A stretch of 63,756 bases of DNA, filler included, from Octopus bimaculoides (Eukaryota), in NCBI RefSeq assembly GCF_001194135.2. It is 4 parts of 4 records of this genome, joined end to end, with 100 filler letters (N's around TTAATTAATTAA, not from the genome) between each part and the next. Parts side by side here need not be neighbours in the genome. Positions count along the whole stretch, not along the records: positions 21,626 to 53,551 come from NC_068987.1; positions 53,652 to 59,161 come from NC_068998.1; positions 59,262 to 63,756 come from NC_068992.1; 1 more part is not named here. One strand, written 5' to 3'. Under the pieces are notes generated by a model. It saw only the letters and a list, made by a program, of their open reading frames with translations. It ran no database searches and was not told where the DNA came from. Positions 48,861 through 62,088 of this stretch are shown piece after piece. Position numbers and translations under genes: made by a program. Numbering within the stretch: the first letter of the stretch is position 1; each line of letters begins with the position of its first letter.

Positions 48861-50090
48861 TATATATATATCCCTTTTCTTTTTCGTACGCATACATGAA
48901 TGTTATGATCCGTTAATTCTTCTGAATGTAGCTTAAACAGATAACAACAGATTAAATCCATCGTGAAGGCCAGGTATACCCCATTTATATTTAAGTGGCG
49001 GAGTAATTGCTTTAACATCTAGTTACCAGAGCAGAGGTCTCTTTTTCGAATTTTCAAATTTGGTGCAGCTAAATGTGTGTGTGTGTGTATAAATGTATGT
49101 GTATTTTTTCAATGTGTAAAAATAACGGATATAATAAATAAATAGTTACCAGGGTAGCAAAAATTCACGTAAGTGCCAAGGATATTACCGCCTACTTATA
49201 GAGGTAGAAATTTCAGGTTTAGGTGAAATGTTTTTGTATAACATAGATAAATTAAGAAATGGAGTCAAACGTAGGTGTTATTCAAATCTTTATACTTCCG
49301 ACATATGTTTTGTAGAAAACATGATATTATTCCGGAGGGAATAAAATCATGTAAAACAATACAAGCATCTCATCAGGGGGAAAAAAAGAGAAGCAAAACA
49401 CATCAATAAGCCATTTTAACCGATTGTGATTAGCGCGTATATGATGAAGGGGAACGCTGGCAAGATTTTTCTTTTTAAAAACCGTTAATAGATTTAACGT
49501 CAAAGGTAATTTAGAGAAAGAGAAGGACAAGAAAGAAAGAAATTAAGAGAAATATAGTGTGATAGATGAATAGGAATAAAGCTTAAAACCGTGGAAATAG
49601 ATTTATGCTTAGCGGTATTTCGTTCGTCTTTACCTTCTGCGTTCAAATGTTGCCGAGGTCAACTTTGCCTTTCATCCTTTCGGAGTCGATAAAATAAGTA
49701 CCAGTTGAGTCCTAGGGTCGATGTAATCAATTTACTCCTTATACTCGAACTTGATGGCCTTGTTCCAAAATTTGAAATCAATATGGCTCTCAGGCTCAGA
49801 CAGAATATACGTGATACAGTTTAACATACATCTAAAGGTCTTCCACGCAGTTTCTAGCTTTCTAGTTTTACTCAAAGGTCGACCCTAAACTATGATAAAA
49901 GATACATGCATAAGATGTCGCACAGAAGGGGGTGGGGAATTGAACCCAGGACCTCATTGTCATGCGAACTTCTTAACTATTCGGCAAAGCTAAATACAGA
50001 ATCCTTATAAATTATGCAACATGTCTGTGGCTGAATGGTTAAGAAGGTCACTTCGAAAATACATAGACACACAACACACACGCACACAGA

Positions 50091-50140
<50 letters not shown>

Positions 50141-50343
50141 TGTATGTATATGCGTGCACATAGCATGCATACTTTGTGTGTGTGTGTGTAGCCCACCGTT
50201 GAAAACCATTCTTTATTTGTTTACGTCCCAGTAACTTAGTGGTTCGATACAAAATCCAATAGAATATGCGCCATACTTACAATAAATATCGGAGTGCTTC
50301 ATCATGGTCGCAATCTAATAACTAAAACAAGTTAAAGTGTATA

Positions 50344-50493
50344 CGAGGGGGTGTTGTAAAGTTCTCAGATTCACACACTTATTGCAGTAGTCCTTCAGTT
50401 TTTCTATGCCCTATAAAAGAACCCGGAAGGTTGGCCCTCCAACTAGGCCTTTCAGAATACCCTTAAAGTCAGGAACTTTTCGGCACCCCCTCG
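50344..50493. mobile_element. 150-bp mariner-type MITE
   Basis: TA-CGAGGGGGTG..AAAGTT / AACTTTTCGGCACCCCCTCG-TA; a similar right-end fragment lies at ~55724-55752. Confidence 0.8.
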
Positions 50494-51301
50494 TATATAC
50501 AAATATATGTTACAAACAAATAAGTATTATATGTACGGATATATTCCTCATCATGGTTACAAGAGTCACAAGGTTTCGGTTATTATATCTTCGGGCAACC
50601 TGTTACAGTAAAGTTCGGAATATCGCAGCGAACCCTTTATTTCTTTATTTCCTCAAAGGATATAGTGTCCTCGTTCCGTTGTCCATGCCCTGGATATTCG
50701 CGTCTTAGTTATCCTAGAATTTGTTATATCGCTTGCTCACTCCGCTTCAACAAGAACCTATCTATAGTTCCACTTATAAACACTAATATACTCAAATTTG
50801 TTAAAGCGCTAAAATTCAGGCATATAAATATAAAAATAAATATAAAAATTTTAGAAATATTATATAGTCTGCGAAAGTGGAACATTTACAACAAAAATGT
50901 TGAACCTCATCTGCTTAAAATAAAAACAAATTTTACTCATAGCTGTCAGGCAAAGTCGACCCCAGCAGAATTTGAACTCAGAACGTAGCGATAGGAAAAA
51001 TACCGCTTAGCATTTCCTCCCGTGTGCTAAGGATTCTGCCAGCTCGCCACCTTAATAAAAAAAATAATAATAATCCTTTTTACTACACCAGTACTGAACT
51101 TATCAGCCCCAAAAGGACGAAAGGGAAATTCCGACTCCGCGGGATTTGAACTCAGAACGTAACAGCAGATGAAATATCGCTAAAGCATTTCGCCCGGCAT
51201 GCTAACGATTCTGCCAGCTCGACGCTTTAATAAAATTAATAACGATGATATATATAATCTATTTAGCACTAATAAATTATGGATGGATGGATAGATAGAT
51301 G

Positions 51302-51350
<49 letters not shown>

Positions 51351-51708
51351 GAGAAGAGGAGTGAGAGGAGGGGTATCGGGCAGAATTTCCAACCATGTCT
51401 GTTCCAGTTGTCCGATCAAACGAATTCCACAGATCATTGAATTTATGAATAAGTGGCTGAGACATATGTACCTGAAACGAAACCCTCAGCCAGAATCGTA
51501 GTTTGACAAGGATGGATCTTAAAATCATAGGAAGAGTCCATACAGTGGGCTTTCACTTAATTTATGCAGACCCAACTTCCTACTCAAGATACAAGCTATA
51601 CAATAAAAGACATATACCAAAGATATCATGCGGAGGGAGTGAGCCCGGCATCTTAGACCTTATGAGTGCGAAGCGAACTTCCAAACTATTCGACTATAGT
51701 GCACCTAT

Positions 51709-51742
<34 letters not shown>

Positions 51743-51797
51743 NNNNNNNNNNNNNNNNNNNNNNNNNNNNNNNNNNNNNNNNNNNNNNNNNNNNNNN

Positions 51798-51869
<72 letters not shown>

Positions 51870-51870
<1 letters not shown>

Positions 51871-52474
51871 ATTATCTTTTGCTTGTTTCAGTCATTTAAC
51901 TGCGGCCATGCTGAGGCACCGCCTTGTAGAACACTTAGTCGAATATATTCCAGCACATAATTTGTCTGCTACACCTGGCACCTATCCCATTGGGTCTTTT
52001 CGCTGCACCACTAGGTTATAGGGACGTAAACACACAAACACCGGTTGTTAAGCAGTGGTGAGGGACAAACATAAAGACACACAGATATTGGTCACAGGAT
52101 TGCCTCCCCAACCACATGGGCCCGGGTTCTGTCCCACGGCGTGGCCCTTGGGCAAGTGTCTTCTACTATAGACTCGGTCTGAACAAAGTTTTGAGTGGAT
52201 TTCGTAGGCGGAAACTGAAAGACGCCCGTCGTATATATATACATGTGTGCGCGTGCGCGCTTGTCTTTAAGTCTGTAATTGTCCCCCGTCCCATCGCTTG
52301 ACAACCCACGTTGGTGTTTTTACGTCCCTCGCTACCTAGCGGTTCGGTAAAACAGAACGATAGACTAAGATAAATAAGTACTGGAGTCAATTCATTCGAC
52401 TAAAACTCTTGAAGGCAGTGCCCAGTATGGCCGCAGTCTAATGACTAAAACAAGTAAGAATACAAGAGACGGAC

Positions 52475-52536
<62 letters not shown>

Positions 52537-53470
52537 TTCGATAGATAGATATACGACGGGCTTCTCCTCCAGTTTCCGTCTACTGGTTGGGCCCAGATTA
52601 TAGTAGAAGACACTTGCCTAAGGTGCCATGCAGTGGCATTGTACCCAGAACTATGTGGTTAGGAAGCAAGCTTCTTACCCCATAGCCACGACTATATATT
52701 TTACCTCGTTTTTCTTTAATCAATTTCAGCTCGAGAGCTACAGCCATGCTGGAGTATCACTGTTAAAATTAGAGACGGAATGCATACAAACACACACAAA
52801 CACTTGCATATATATATATATATATATATANNNNNNNNNNNNNNNNNNNNNNNNNNNNNNNNNNNNNNNNNNNNNNNNNNNNNNNNNNNNNNNNNNNNNN
52901 NNNNNNNNNNNNNNNNNNNNNNNNNNNNNNNNNNNNNNNNNNNNNNNNNNNNNNNNNNNNNNNNNNNNNNNNNNNNNNNNNNNNNNNNNNNNNNNNNNNN
53001 NNNNNNNNNNNNNNNNNNNNNNNNNNNNNNNNNNNNNNNNNNNNNNNNNNNNNNNNNNNNNNNNNNNNNNNNNNNNNNNNNNNNNNNNNNNNNNNNNNNN
53101 NNNNNNNNNNNNNNTGTGTGTGTGTGTGTGTGTGTGTCTGTGTGTGTGTGTGTGTCTGCCACCCACCAACATCGCTTGACAACCGATGCTGGTGTGTTTA
53201 CGCCCCCGTAACTTAGCGGTTCGGCAAAAGAAGCCGATAGAATAAGTACTAGGCTTACAAAGAATAAGTCCTGGGGGTCGATTTGCTCGACTAAAAGCGG
53301 TGCTCCAGCATGGCCGCAGTCAAATGACTGAAACAAGTAAAAGAGTAAAGAATATACATACATATATACATACATGGATTGGTAGTGAGAAAGAGAGGGA
53401 GAAAAAGAAAGATATATATGTGTATGTATATCCATATCTTTGTATTATGTGCGTGTATATATATATATAC

Positions 53471-53526
<56 letters not shown>

Positions 53527-54364
53527 TGTATAAGAAATATAAAATATATATNNNNNNNNNNNNNNNNNNNNNNNNNNNNNNNNNNNNNNNNNNNNTTAAT
53601 TAATTAANNNNNNNNNNNNNNNNNNNNNNNNNNNNNNNNNNNNNNNNNNNNTATATATATACTCTATTTTACTTTTTTACTTATTTCAACCGCCTTTAGT
53701 CAAGCAAATCGACCCTGGGACTTATTCTTTGCAAGCCTAGTACTTATTTTATCGGTAACTTTTGCCGAAAAGCTAAATTACGCGGATGTAAACACACACC
53801 AGCATCGGTTGTCAAGCGATGTTGGGGACACACACACAGACACACAAACATATACACACACATACATATATACGACGGGCTTCCTTCAGTTTCTGTCTAC
53901 CAAATCCACTCGCAAGGCTTTGGTCGGCCCGAGGCTATAGTAGAAGAGACTTGCCCAAGGTGCCACGCAGTGGGACTGTACCCGGAACCATGTGGTTCGT
54001 AAGCAAGCACTTACCACACAGTCACTCCTACGCCTATATAATATATGTATGTGTGTATATATATTCATTTATTCTTTTCCTTATTTCAGTTACTTCACTG
54101 CGGCCATGCTTGAGCACCGCCTTTAGTCGAACAAATCGACAACAGGACTTATTCTTTGTAAGCCTAGTACTTATTCTATGGGTCTCTTTGTCCGAACCTC
54201 TAGGGTTACGGGGACGTAAAGACACCAACATCGGTTGTCAAGCGGTGGTAGGGCGACAAACGCAGACGCACAAACATTTTTCGTTTACTAAATCTACTCA
54301 TATGCAGTGGGAATGAACCCGAAACTATGTGGTTGAGAAGCAAGATTCTTACCACACAGCCACG

Positions 54365-54462
<98 letters not shown>

Positions 54463-55465
54463 CAGAGAGAGAGAGAAGTAAGTAGATAGACAGATGGATA
54501 CATACGCATATACGTAACTATATGTGAGTAAATATATATATTTATGTACACACACACACACACGCACACACACAGACACACACACAGACACACACACAGA
54601 CACACACACAGACACACACACATACACACATAAAGATGTTACATATTAAGGGGTATACGAAAACTCACTTTCATGGTTATACAGATTTTTTCTCCTTTCA
54701 AAATTTATAGTACCACTGTTAATCATTTCAATAAAAATGGGCTATAAAAGCTGGTTTACAGAAATCACATAATGGTATGTAAATTTTGTTAATTGAAAGA
54801 GACTTCAAAAATGAAATCAAGTTATATATTGGAAGGAATATGTAACACATTCAATCCCTAAACGGAATAAATTATATATTTAATTTAACTTGAAGTTTGA
54901 TTATATTTCCGAGTGTCTCTTCACATTAACTGTGCAGAAATATCAGTATGCAATGGCATGCTTGTACGTCTGTGTATGTGTGAGCGTGTTTGTGTGTGTG
55001 TGTATGTGTGTGTATGTGTGTGTGTGTGTAGATGAGTGTACGCCTGTGAATGAATGGATATGTATACATTCATGAGTCATCTATATTATATAAAGTATAC
55101 AGATGGTATAGCTTGCATAACATATATATATGAATGTATATACATACACATGTTTATTATTCCACGTTTATTACCCAGATAGCATATATAAATATGTATA
55201 TGTATATATCAATAGACATGCATGTATATATATATGCATGTACATATGTACAGGGATATATATATATATATATATATATTCTTTTACTTGTTCTAGTCAT
55301 TTGACTGTAGCCAAATCGTCCCCAGGACTTATTCCTTATAATCGTTGCACTTATTTAATCGGTCTCTTTTACCGAACGGTTACGTTACGGGGACGTAAAC
55401 ACACCGACATCAGTTGTCAAGTGAATGCGCGAGGACAAGAAGAGGCACACAAACACAAACACACG

Positions 55466-55507
<42 letters not shown>

Positions 55508-55508
55508 T

Positions 55509-55551
<43 letters not shown>

Positions 55552-55710
55552 CAATGGCTTCTTTCAGTTACCGACTACCAAATCCACTCACAAGGCTTTG
55601 GTCGGCCCGAGGCTACAGTAGAAGACACTTGCCCAAGGTGACACACAGTGGGACTGAACCCGGAAACATGTGGTTGGGAAGCAAGCTTCTTAGCGCACAG
55701 CCACTCCTCC
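51870..55710. mobile_element. Dense array of about 8 SINE B copies in mixed orientation
   Basis: ~51870-52090 (-), 52100-52470 (+), 52545-52690 (-), 53115-53350 (+), 53660-54030 (-), 54065-54365 (-), 55280-55710 (-). Confidence 0.85.
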
Positions 55711-55836
55711 GTACCCTTTCGCGACACCCTTAAAGCCAGGAACTTTTCAACAACACACACACATATGTACACATATATGTATGTGTATATTCATATCATA
55801 TATATAGATATATATGTGTGTATACACACACACATG

Positions 55837-55883
<47 letters not shown>

Positions 55884-57379
55884 TAATATATATATATATA
55901 ATCAGACACTAAATAGCTAGTGTGGCAAAGTAATATTAGACCTGTGTTTAGGATGCTTGGGCGCATCAAACGGATTAACGGATGACGAAATGCAGTTTGA
56001 CGAAGAAAATTGACAGAAAGAATTCCAGCGATTGCGTGAAACAATAAGTGATTTCAGGTAATTGTATCATGCACCAAATGAAAAAGCAGATAATTTCAAG
56101 ATTCAAGTGTTCTTCGAAGTCAAGAGAATTTTAATAAATCATCATTATCCTTGAAACGAAACAAAACCTATCCGGATGCGACTGTAAAGATGACAGATGC
56201 GAATTTCGCCGTGTTTGCCACTTGTCAATGCCACTGTACGTGCCTTACCTTCGACACGACAACGTCTCAGCCAGTAGGAAATATATAGAAACAGTAAATA
56301 AGTAATTCACCAGTTACCACCAAGTTGAATATAATTCATAGTTTGCGATGGATGTAACTCTAGATAATATCTTTAATTATATGACATACTTAACTTATGA
56401 ATCATGTAGAAATGCCGGTAGCTACAATGTTATCTGCACATACTTAGGGAATTGCATCCGAAATGTGCAGCGGTGTCATGATAGCCGTTTAATATATACG
56501 TTTACAATTTACATTCACTTGCGCATTGATTCATGCTCTATTGTGTACTATAGGATATCAAAAGTACACGTTCTTCATCTACCACTTTGCTACTGAACCA
56601 ATTCTGTTGCTTTGAGTTGAAGTCAGTTGTCAGTTATTCGTGTAAGTCATGGGGATAATTTTTTAACTGTTCTTTCATATTTTCGTGTTAATGTCATTTA
56701 CAACTTTCAGAAATTGTTTGTAATTTAAACACGCGATCAATATAAATTTTAAAATATGAAAATACTATAAAATTGGAGATCAATGTAATGAACGTGATTA
56801 AAATGGTGAGCGGGTAAGTATCCGTGAACATGATGCCATGAAAATAAGAACGTTATATAAATACGATCACACATATGTGACTTTATGGCTTAATCAATGG
56901 AAAATAGGTTGCGTCTCTTATATTTTATTGAGTCTCTGAGTTTATAAGCGAAATGGTGTAATGAGCAGCGGCTTCTATGTTCCCACTATAATAGGCAACG
57001 CATTAATATAATAAAGATGAATTGATTCGAATGCTTGCAGGTGTCACGTGGTGATTTTAGGCCAGAGATTAATTCTACCAGTGAATAACAAATATTTTCA
57101 CCCTACGGTCTTTCGAATGGAATCCATCTAATCAATTTTACTCGCAAATCTTGAGTCGATTCCTAAATTGTCACGATATGAGATTCAACTCAGAAAATCG
57201 TAATTCTGAAATGAACATCATAACCATATGGTTATCGTGGACTTTTCTGTCGTAAACGCCTGATAGGATTTTCTCAATATTTTGCTGAGCAACCGGCACC
57301 GATGATTTGTCTAGAATGCTTGTGCAGTACGTAATATCACCCTCTACCCTCAAAACGACAATGTGCGTATAGGTGCACG

Positions 57380-57530
57380 GTATGTCACAGGTTAGATCTC
57401 GAAGTGATCGCAGAGCAGCATGAGGTGAAGTGCTTTGCTCAAGAACGCAATGCAACACCCGCTCCAGGAATCGAAACCACGATCTCGCAACTGTGAGAAT
57501 AACATCCTAGGCATTAGGTCATCCACTCTG
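57380..57530 (-). mobile_element. SINE family D head and core
   Basis: Reverse complement contains GTGGTTTCGATTCCTGGAGCGGG..GTTCTTGAGCAAAGCACTTCACCTC. Confidence 0.7.
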
Positions 57531-57594
57531 ATACCTACACAGTTATACTTACATATTAACAGTTTCTCCAGGACACTAGCAGCTATGATAAATA

Positions 57595-57985
57595 GGAGCG
57601 GGGTTGTGTAGTAAGAAGCTTCCTTCCCAAACCAAGATTCTGGGTTCCGTTCCATTTCGTGGCACTTTGGGAAAATGCCTTCTACTATAGCTTTGTGCAG
57701 ACCAAAGGTCTGTGAATGGATTTGGTAGGCGGAAACTGAAAGAAGCCGATCGTATGTGTGTGCGTGTGTGTGTGCGTATGTATGTCTTTGTGTCTGTATT
57801 TGTCTCCCACCACCGCTTGACAACCGGTGCTCGTGTGTGTATGACCTCGTAACATATCGGCTCAGCGAAAGAGATCGATAGAATAAGTATTAGGCTTAGA
57901 AAAGGTACTGGGGTGGATTCATTCAACTAAAAGTCCTTTAAGGTGGTGCTCCAGCATGACCACTGTCAAGTGACTAAAAGATGAA
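57595..57985 (+). mobile_element. SINE family B
   Basis: Full head, body and tail. Confidence 0.88.
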
Positions 57986-58216
57986 ATGTATATGTAAAAA
58001 GCAATGAACTGGTGGAATCGTTAGCATGCCGGATGAAATGCTTAGCGGCATTTAGTCCGTCTTTACGTTTTGAGTTAAAATTCCACCGTGATCCATTTTG
58101 CCTTTCATCCTTTAGGGGTCAATAATATACTGGGATTGATGTAGTCGACTTGCCCCCTACTCCGAAATTGTTGGCATTGTGCCAAAATTTGAAACCGTTT
58201 ATTTGTTTTCTAGTAA

Positions 58217-58740
58217 TGTCACTATGTATATTGCCGGATCAAATATTTCTTCATGATACGTAACATAATATGACAGAAAATAGTTTACATAAAGAGTGCT
58301 CTTGTGCTAAAATTCTCATCTTCTCTGATATCAAATTGATACCATTTAGCTAAAGTATAGTAAAATAGAATCAAACGTGACTGTGAGATTCAAAAACGTA
58401 CATCATAAACCACTCGGTTATAACTATCTGTGAAAAGCTGCTGGAGAATAGTAACAGCTATAATAGACAGGAGTGGAAAAGTAAGATATTAACCAACATA
58501 CGACATATGTAAAAGAGCAACGTTGTGTTTCCTTGCACTTTCACTATATATATTATTTGATCAAATATTTCTTCTGGATGTGTAACGCGATATGAGGGAA
58601 AATGGTACACATAAAATGTAGAGATGCTTTGGTTTGTAAAATTTTTCTTTTGCGATAATAAATTGATAACCATTAGTAGAAGAGTGAAATAGAATCGAAA
58701 GAGCTTGTGAGTCAAAACACTGCAGTAAATGTAACAAAAT
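58217..58740. repeat. Old diverged direct duplication (period ~324 bp)
   Basis: TCACTATGTATATTGCCGGATCAAATATTTCTTCATGATACGTAAC.. vs TCACTATATATATTATTTGATCAAATATTTCTTCTGGATGTGTAAC.., continuing through AAATTGATA.CCATT..AAATAGAATC.AA. Confidence 0.75.
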
Positions 58741-58993
58741 ATTACACTCTTATCTTATTTAGTTTCAATGTTTCATCCATGAAAGTATCTAGCCACGAAA
58801 GGGTTTAATGATTGGTGTGACCTATGTGCTTCATAAGCGGGTCAATCTGATACTATAGAAAATATGATGATTTTTGTTATATGCGCAAATTTGATGTGGT
58901 TTTTGAAAAGTCTACTGCTTGTTGGTGGCAGAATAATTACGTGTATTACGGGGATTGCATCATACAACTGTACAATCCATGGTATTTAAACAT

Positions 58994-59026
<33 letters not shown>

Positions 59027-59261
59027 AATATATAGTTTTAGGGAAAATAACCAAGTTTCAAGAACTCATCGATGAAAATCCACTATCACATATAGAAAAA
59101 TTAACAATTAAAAGCACAATAAATGAGTATTATATAAAGCAAAGTAAATATCATAAGATATNNNNNNNNNNNNNNNNNNNNNNNNNNNNNNNNNNNNNNN
59201 NNNNNTTAATTAATTAANNNNNNNNNNNNNNNNNNNNNNNNNNNNNNNNNNNNNNNNNNNN

Positions 59262-59555
59262 GTGCAAGTGGCTGAGCACTCCACAGACACGTGTACCCTT
59301 AACGTAGTTCTCGGGGATATTCAGCGTGACACAGTGTGACAAGGCTGACCCTTTGAATTACAGGCACAACAGAAACAGGAAGTAAGAGTGAGAGAAAGTT
59401 GTGGTGGAAGAGTACAGCAGGGTTCACCACCATCCCCTGCCGGAGCCTCGTGGAGCTTTAGGTGTTTTCGCTCAATAAACACTCACAACGCCCGGTCTGG
59501 GAATCGAAACCGCGAGTTCGCTGCCCTAACCACTGGGCCATTGCGCCTCCACACG
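59262..59555 (-). mobile_element. SINE family A, well preserved, 3' part lost in gap
   Basis: Reverse complement of 7045-7330. Confidence 0.92.
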
Positions 59556-59829
59556 CAAAATTCATATACTTAGTTGACATTTAGAGTACGCGCAGTGTTT
59601 GCATCTGTGTGCGTGTGTAGATACTTATGTATGTGAATATGTATGTACGTATAGAATTGGTGATATTGGGAAGGCGGAGTTAAAATGGACACGCCCCTCT
59701 ACTTCTAGCAAGTCTGTTTCTCTCTGCCTCCCTTCCCTCTTAGTCTTATAGCATCGTCAGCATCTATTGGATGATTTGCAGCGTATTAAAATAGGAGACA
59801 GACAGAGAATAGACATAGAAGGTGGTGGG

Positions 59830-59858
59830 GTGAGAAAGTGGGGAACGAAGAGGAGAGA

Positions 59859-59919
<61 letters not shown>

Positions 59920-60239
59920 TAGAAAGGAAGGGAGGCGGGGAAAACTGGGCAGGAAAAGATAGCGAGAGTAGAAAGGAAGAGGGAGAAAGGGAGAGAGAGA
60001 GAGAGGGACGTGACGAGGAGAGGGTGGGAGAGAGAGCGAGTGAGTGAGCAGAAGAGAAAGAGAGGGAAAGAGAGAGAGTTAGTTAGAGAGAGCGAGAGAG
60101 AAAAGAGAGAGAGAGAGAGAGAGAGAGACATGGGAGAACGAAACAAAAAATTAAAAAATGGAAGCGGAAAACAGGGCAAAACAAAACAGAAACAGAATGG
60201 AGGGAGATGGAGGGAGGTGCGGAAGAAGAGAGAAAGAGA

Positions 60240-60278
<39 letters not shown>

Positions 60279-60430
60279 GGGAAGGAAGAGAAAAATATGA
60301 AAGAGTGGGAGAGAAAGAGAGAATGAGTAAGAGGCTGAAAAGAGTGGGAGAATTTAGAAGAGATCAGACTTAACTTATACAAGAGTAACACGAGGAGGAG
60401 GAGGAGGAAAAGGAGGCGAAGGAGGAGAAA
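59830..60430. repeat. GA-rich low-complexity tract
   Basis: Direct reading. Confidence 0.95.
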
Positions 60431-60509
60431 GAGGGGGAGGGGGTATAACTTGTAAAAGACGAATTACGTTGACAAAACCCGTGCAGAATTGAACATACAG
60501 ACACAACCA

Positions 60510-61040
60510 ATTGTCTCGGCTCACTGAGTTCGAATCCCGCTGTAGTCAGCCTCGCATTTTATCTGTTCAGGATTGAGAAAATCAAGAAACCAGTCTAAGG
60601 CGAGGGACTGGTGGAAATGATAGATCCTTGGACGAGATTGCCTTGTGGTATCTGTTCTGGTTCTCGGCTCTGTGAGTTCGAATCCCGTAGTGATCAACGT
60701 CACATTTTATCCTTTCAGGGTCGATAAAATAGAAAAACCAGTCCAGGGTGGAGGATTAATAGAAAAGAGAGAACGTCGATCGAGATTACCATGTGGTATG
60801 TGTTCCAACTGTTGGCGTCCAGGGTTCGAATCTCGCTGTAGTCACTTTGCATTTGATCTTTTTGGGGTTGATAAAATAAAGAAAAAAATAAAGAAACTAG
60901 TAAAGCGAAGAAGTTGGTTAGAAGTAGTAAAACGTCAGACGGGATGTTTTGTGGTTATATATTCCTGTTCTTGGATGTCTGGGTTCAAATCTGGCAGTAA
61001 TTGACTTGGAATTTTATATTTCCGAGGTTGACAAAAAAAA
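60510..61040 (+). repeat. Head-to-tail array of 4 diverged SINE-C-like units (~150 bp period)
   Basis: B-box-like G(A/G)GTTC(G/A)AATC at ~60526, 60674, 60822, 60981, each followed by the C-type central domain. Confidence 0.7.
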
Positions 61041-61087
61041 AAAAGAAAAGAAAAGAAACTGTCTAGGACGAGAGACAGAAATAAAAG

Positions 61088-61632
61088 ATTATGGTGACTG
61101 TCTAGTAGTCTGCAATTGATGTTGTCCATCACAACTTTCTGGAAGCCAGTCAGAACATTAGAGCAGAGGTTTGCTGCAATCAACTCGCTGAAATGCATGC
61201 TCACTTGCAAAATATGAGACCTGCATTGGTGAATCGGCGTGGCCCAATTCTGCTCCATGATAATGCAAAGCCACATGTTGCAAGAATGACCCTGCAGAAA
61301 CTCACAGACTTGGGGTACGAGACTTTACCACATCCTCCATGTTCTCCTGACCTTTCACCCACTGACTACCATTTTTTAAAAGCAATTTAAACACGTTTTT
61401 AAGTGATAAAACTTTCCGGTCCAAACCAGAGCTGGAATCAACATTCAAAGATTTCTTAGCATCAAAGCCAATAAGTTTTTATCAGCGAAGCATAAATAAT
61501 CTCGTTGATCGATGGCAGAGATGCATAGACCTTCACGGTTCATACTTTGACTAATCGAAACAGTTCTATTGTTAATTTTTCCAGAATAAAATCATGTTTC
61601 TGAAATCGGCCATTATTTTCGGAACAACCTAA
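61088..61632 (+). mobile_element. Mariner (DD34D) 3' fragment with right TIR
   Basis: PILLHDNAKPH..LPHPPCSPDLSPTDYH (34 residues between the Ds), RWQRCI..HGSYFD*; ends ..CAACCTAA-TA. Confidence 0.92.
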
Positions 61633-61789
61633 TACTATGGAAAACGGAGATTAAATGATGATGATGATACATACATGTGTGTGTTTGTATGTATTTGTAC
61701 ACGTGTACATGTTTTTGCTAGATGGCTTTCCAGTGGCAACATAGTTAGAATTGAGCAGGCAAAACCAATCGGCGCTTGCACCGTTGACT

Positions 61790-62088
61790 CTGCCGACTAT
61801 CCGTGTGTGTTGGCTTTCCGTCGCTTACGACGTCGAGGGTTCCAGCTGATCCAATCAACGGAACAGCCTGCTCGTGAAATTAACGTGCAAGTGGCTGAGC
61901 ACACCACAGTCTCGGGGATATTCAGCATGACAGTGTGACAAGGCTGGCCCTTTGAAATACAGGCACAACAAAAACAGGAAGTAAGAGTGAGAGAAAGTTG
62001 TGGTGAAAGAGTACAGCAGGGTTCGCCACCATCCCCTGCTGGAGCCTCGTGGGGCTTTAGGTGTTTTCGCTCAATAAGCACTCACAAT
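61790..62088 (-). mobile_element. SINE family A, head lost in gap
   Basis: Reverse complement of family A body and 3' hairpin. Confidence 0.9.

Noticed and set aside
50570-50625. Minus-strand CCCGAAGA...CGAAACCTTGTG motif
   Set aside because: No stem II, G at the cleavage position, no stem I.
51370-51480. Minus-strand acceptor TTTCGTTTCAG with open frames
   Set aside because: No credible donor; the frames run into the (TATC)n tract.
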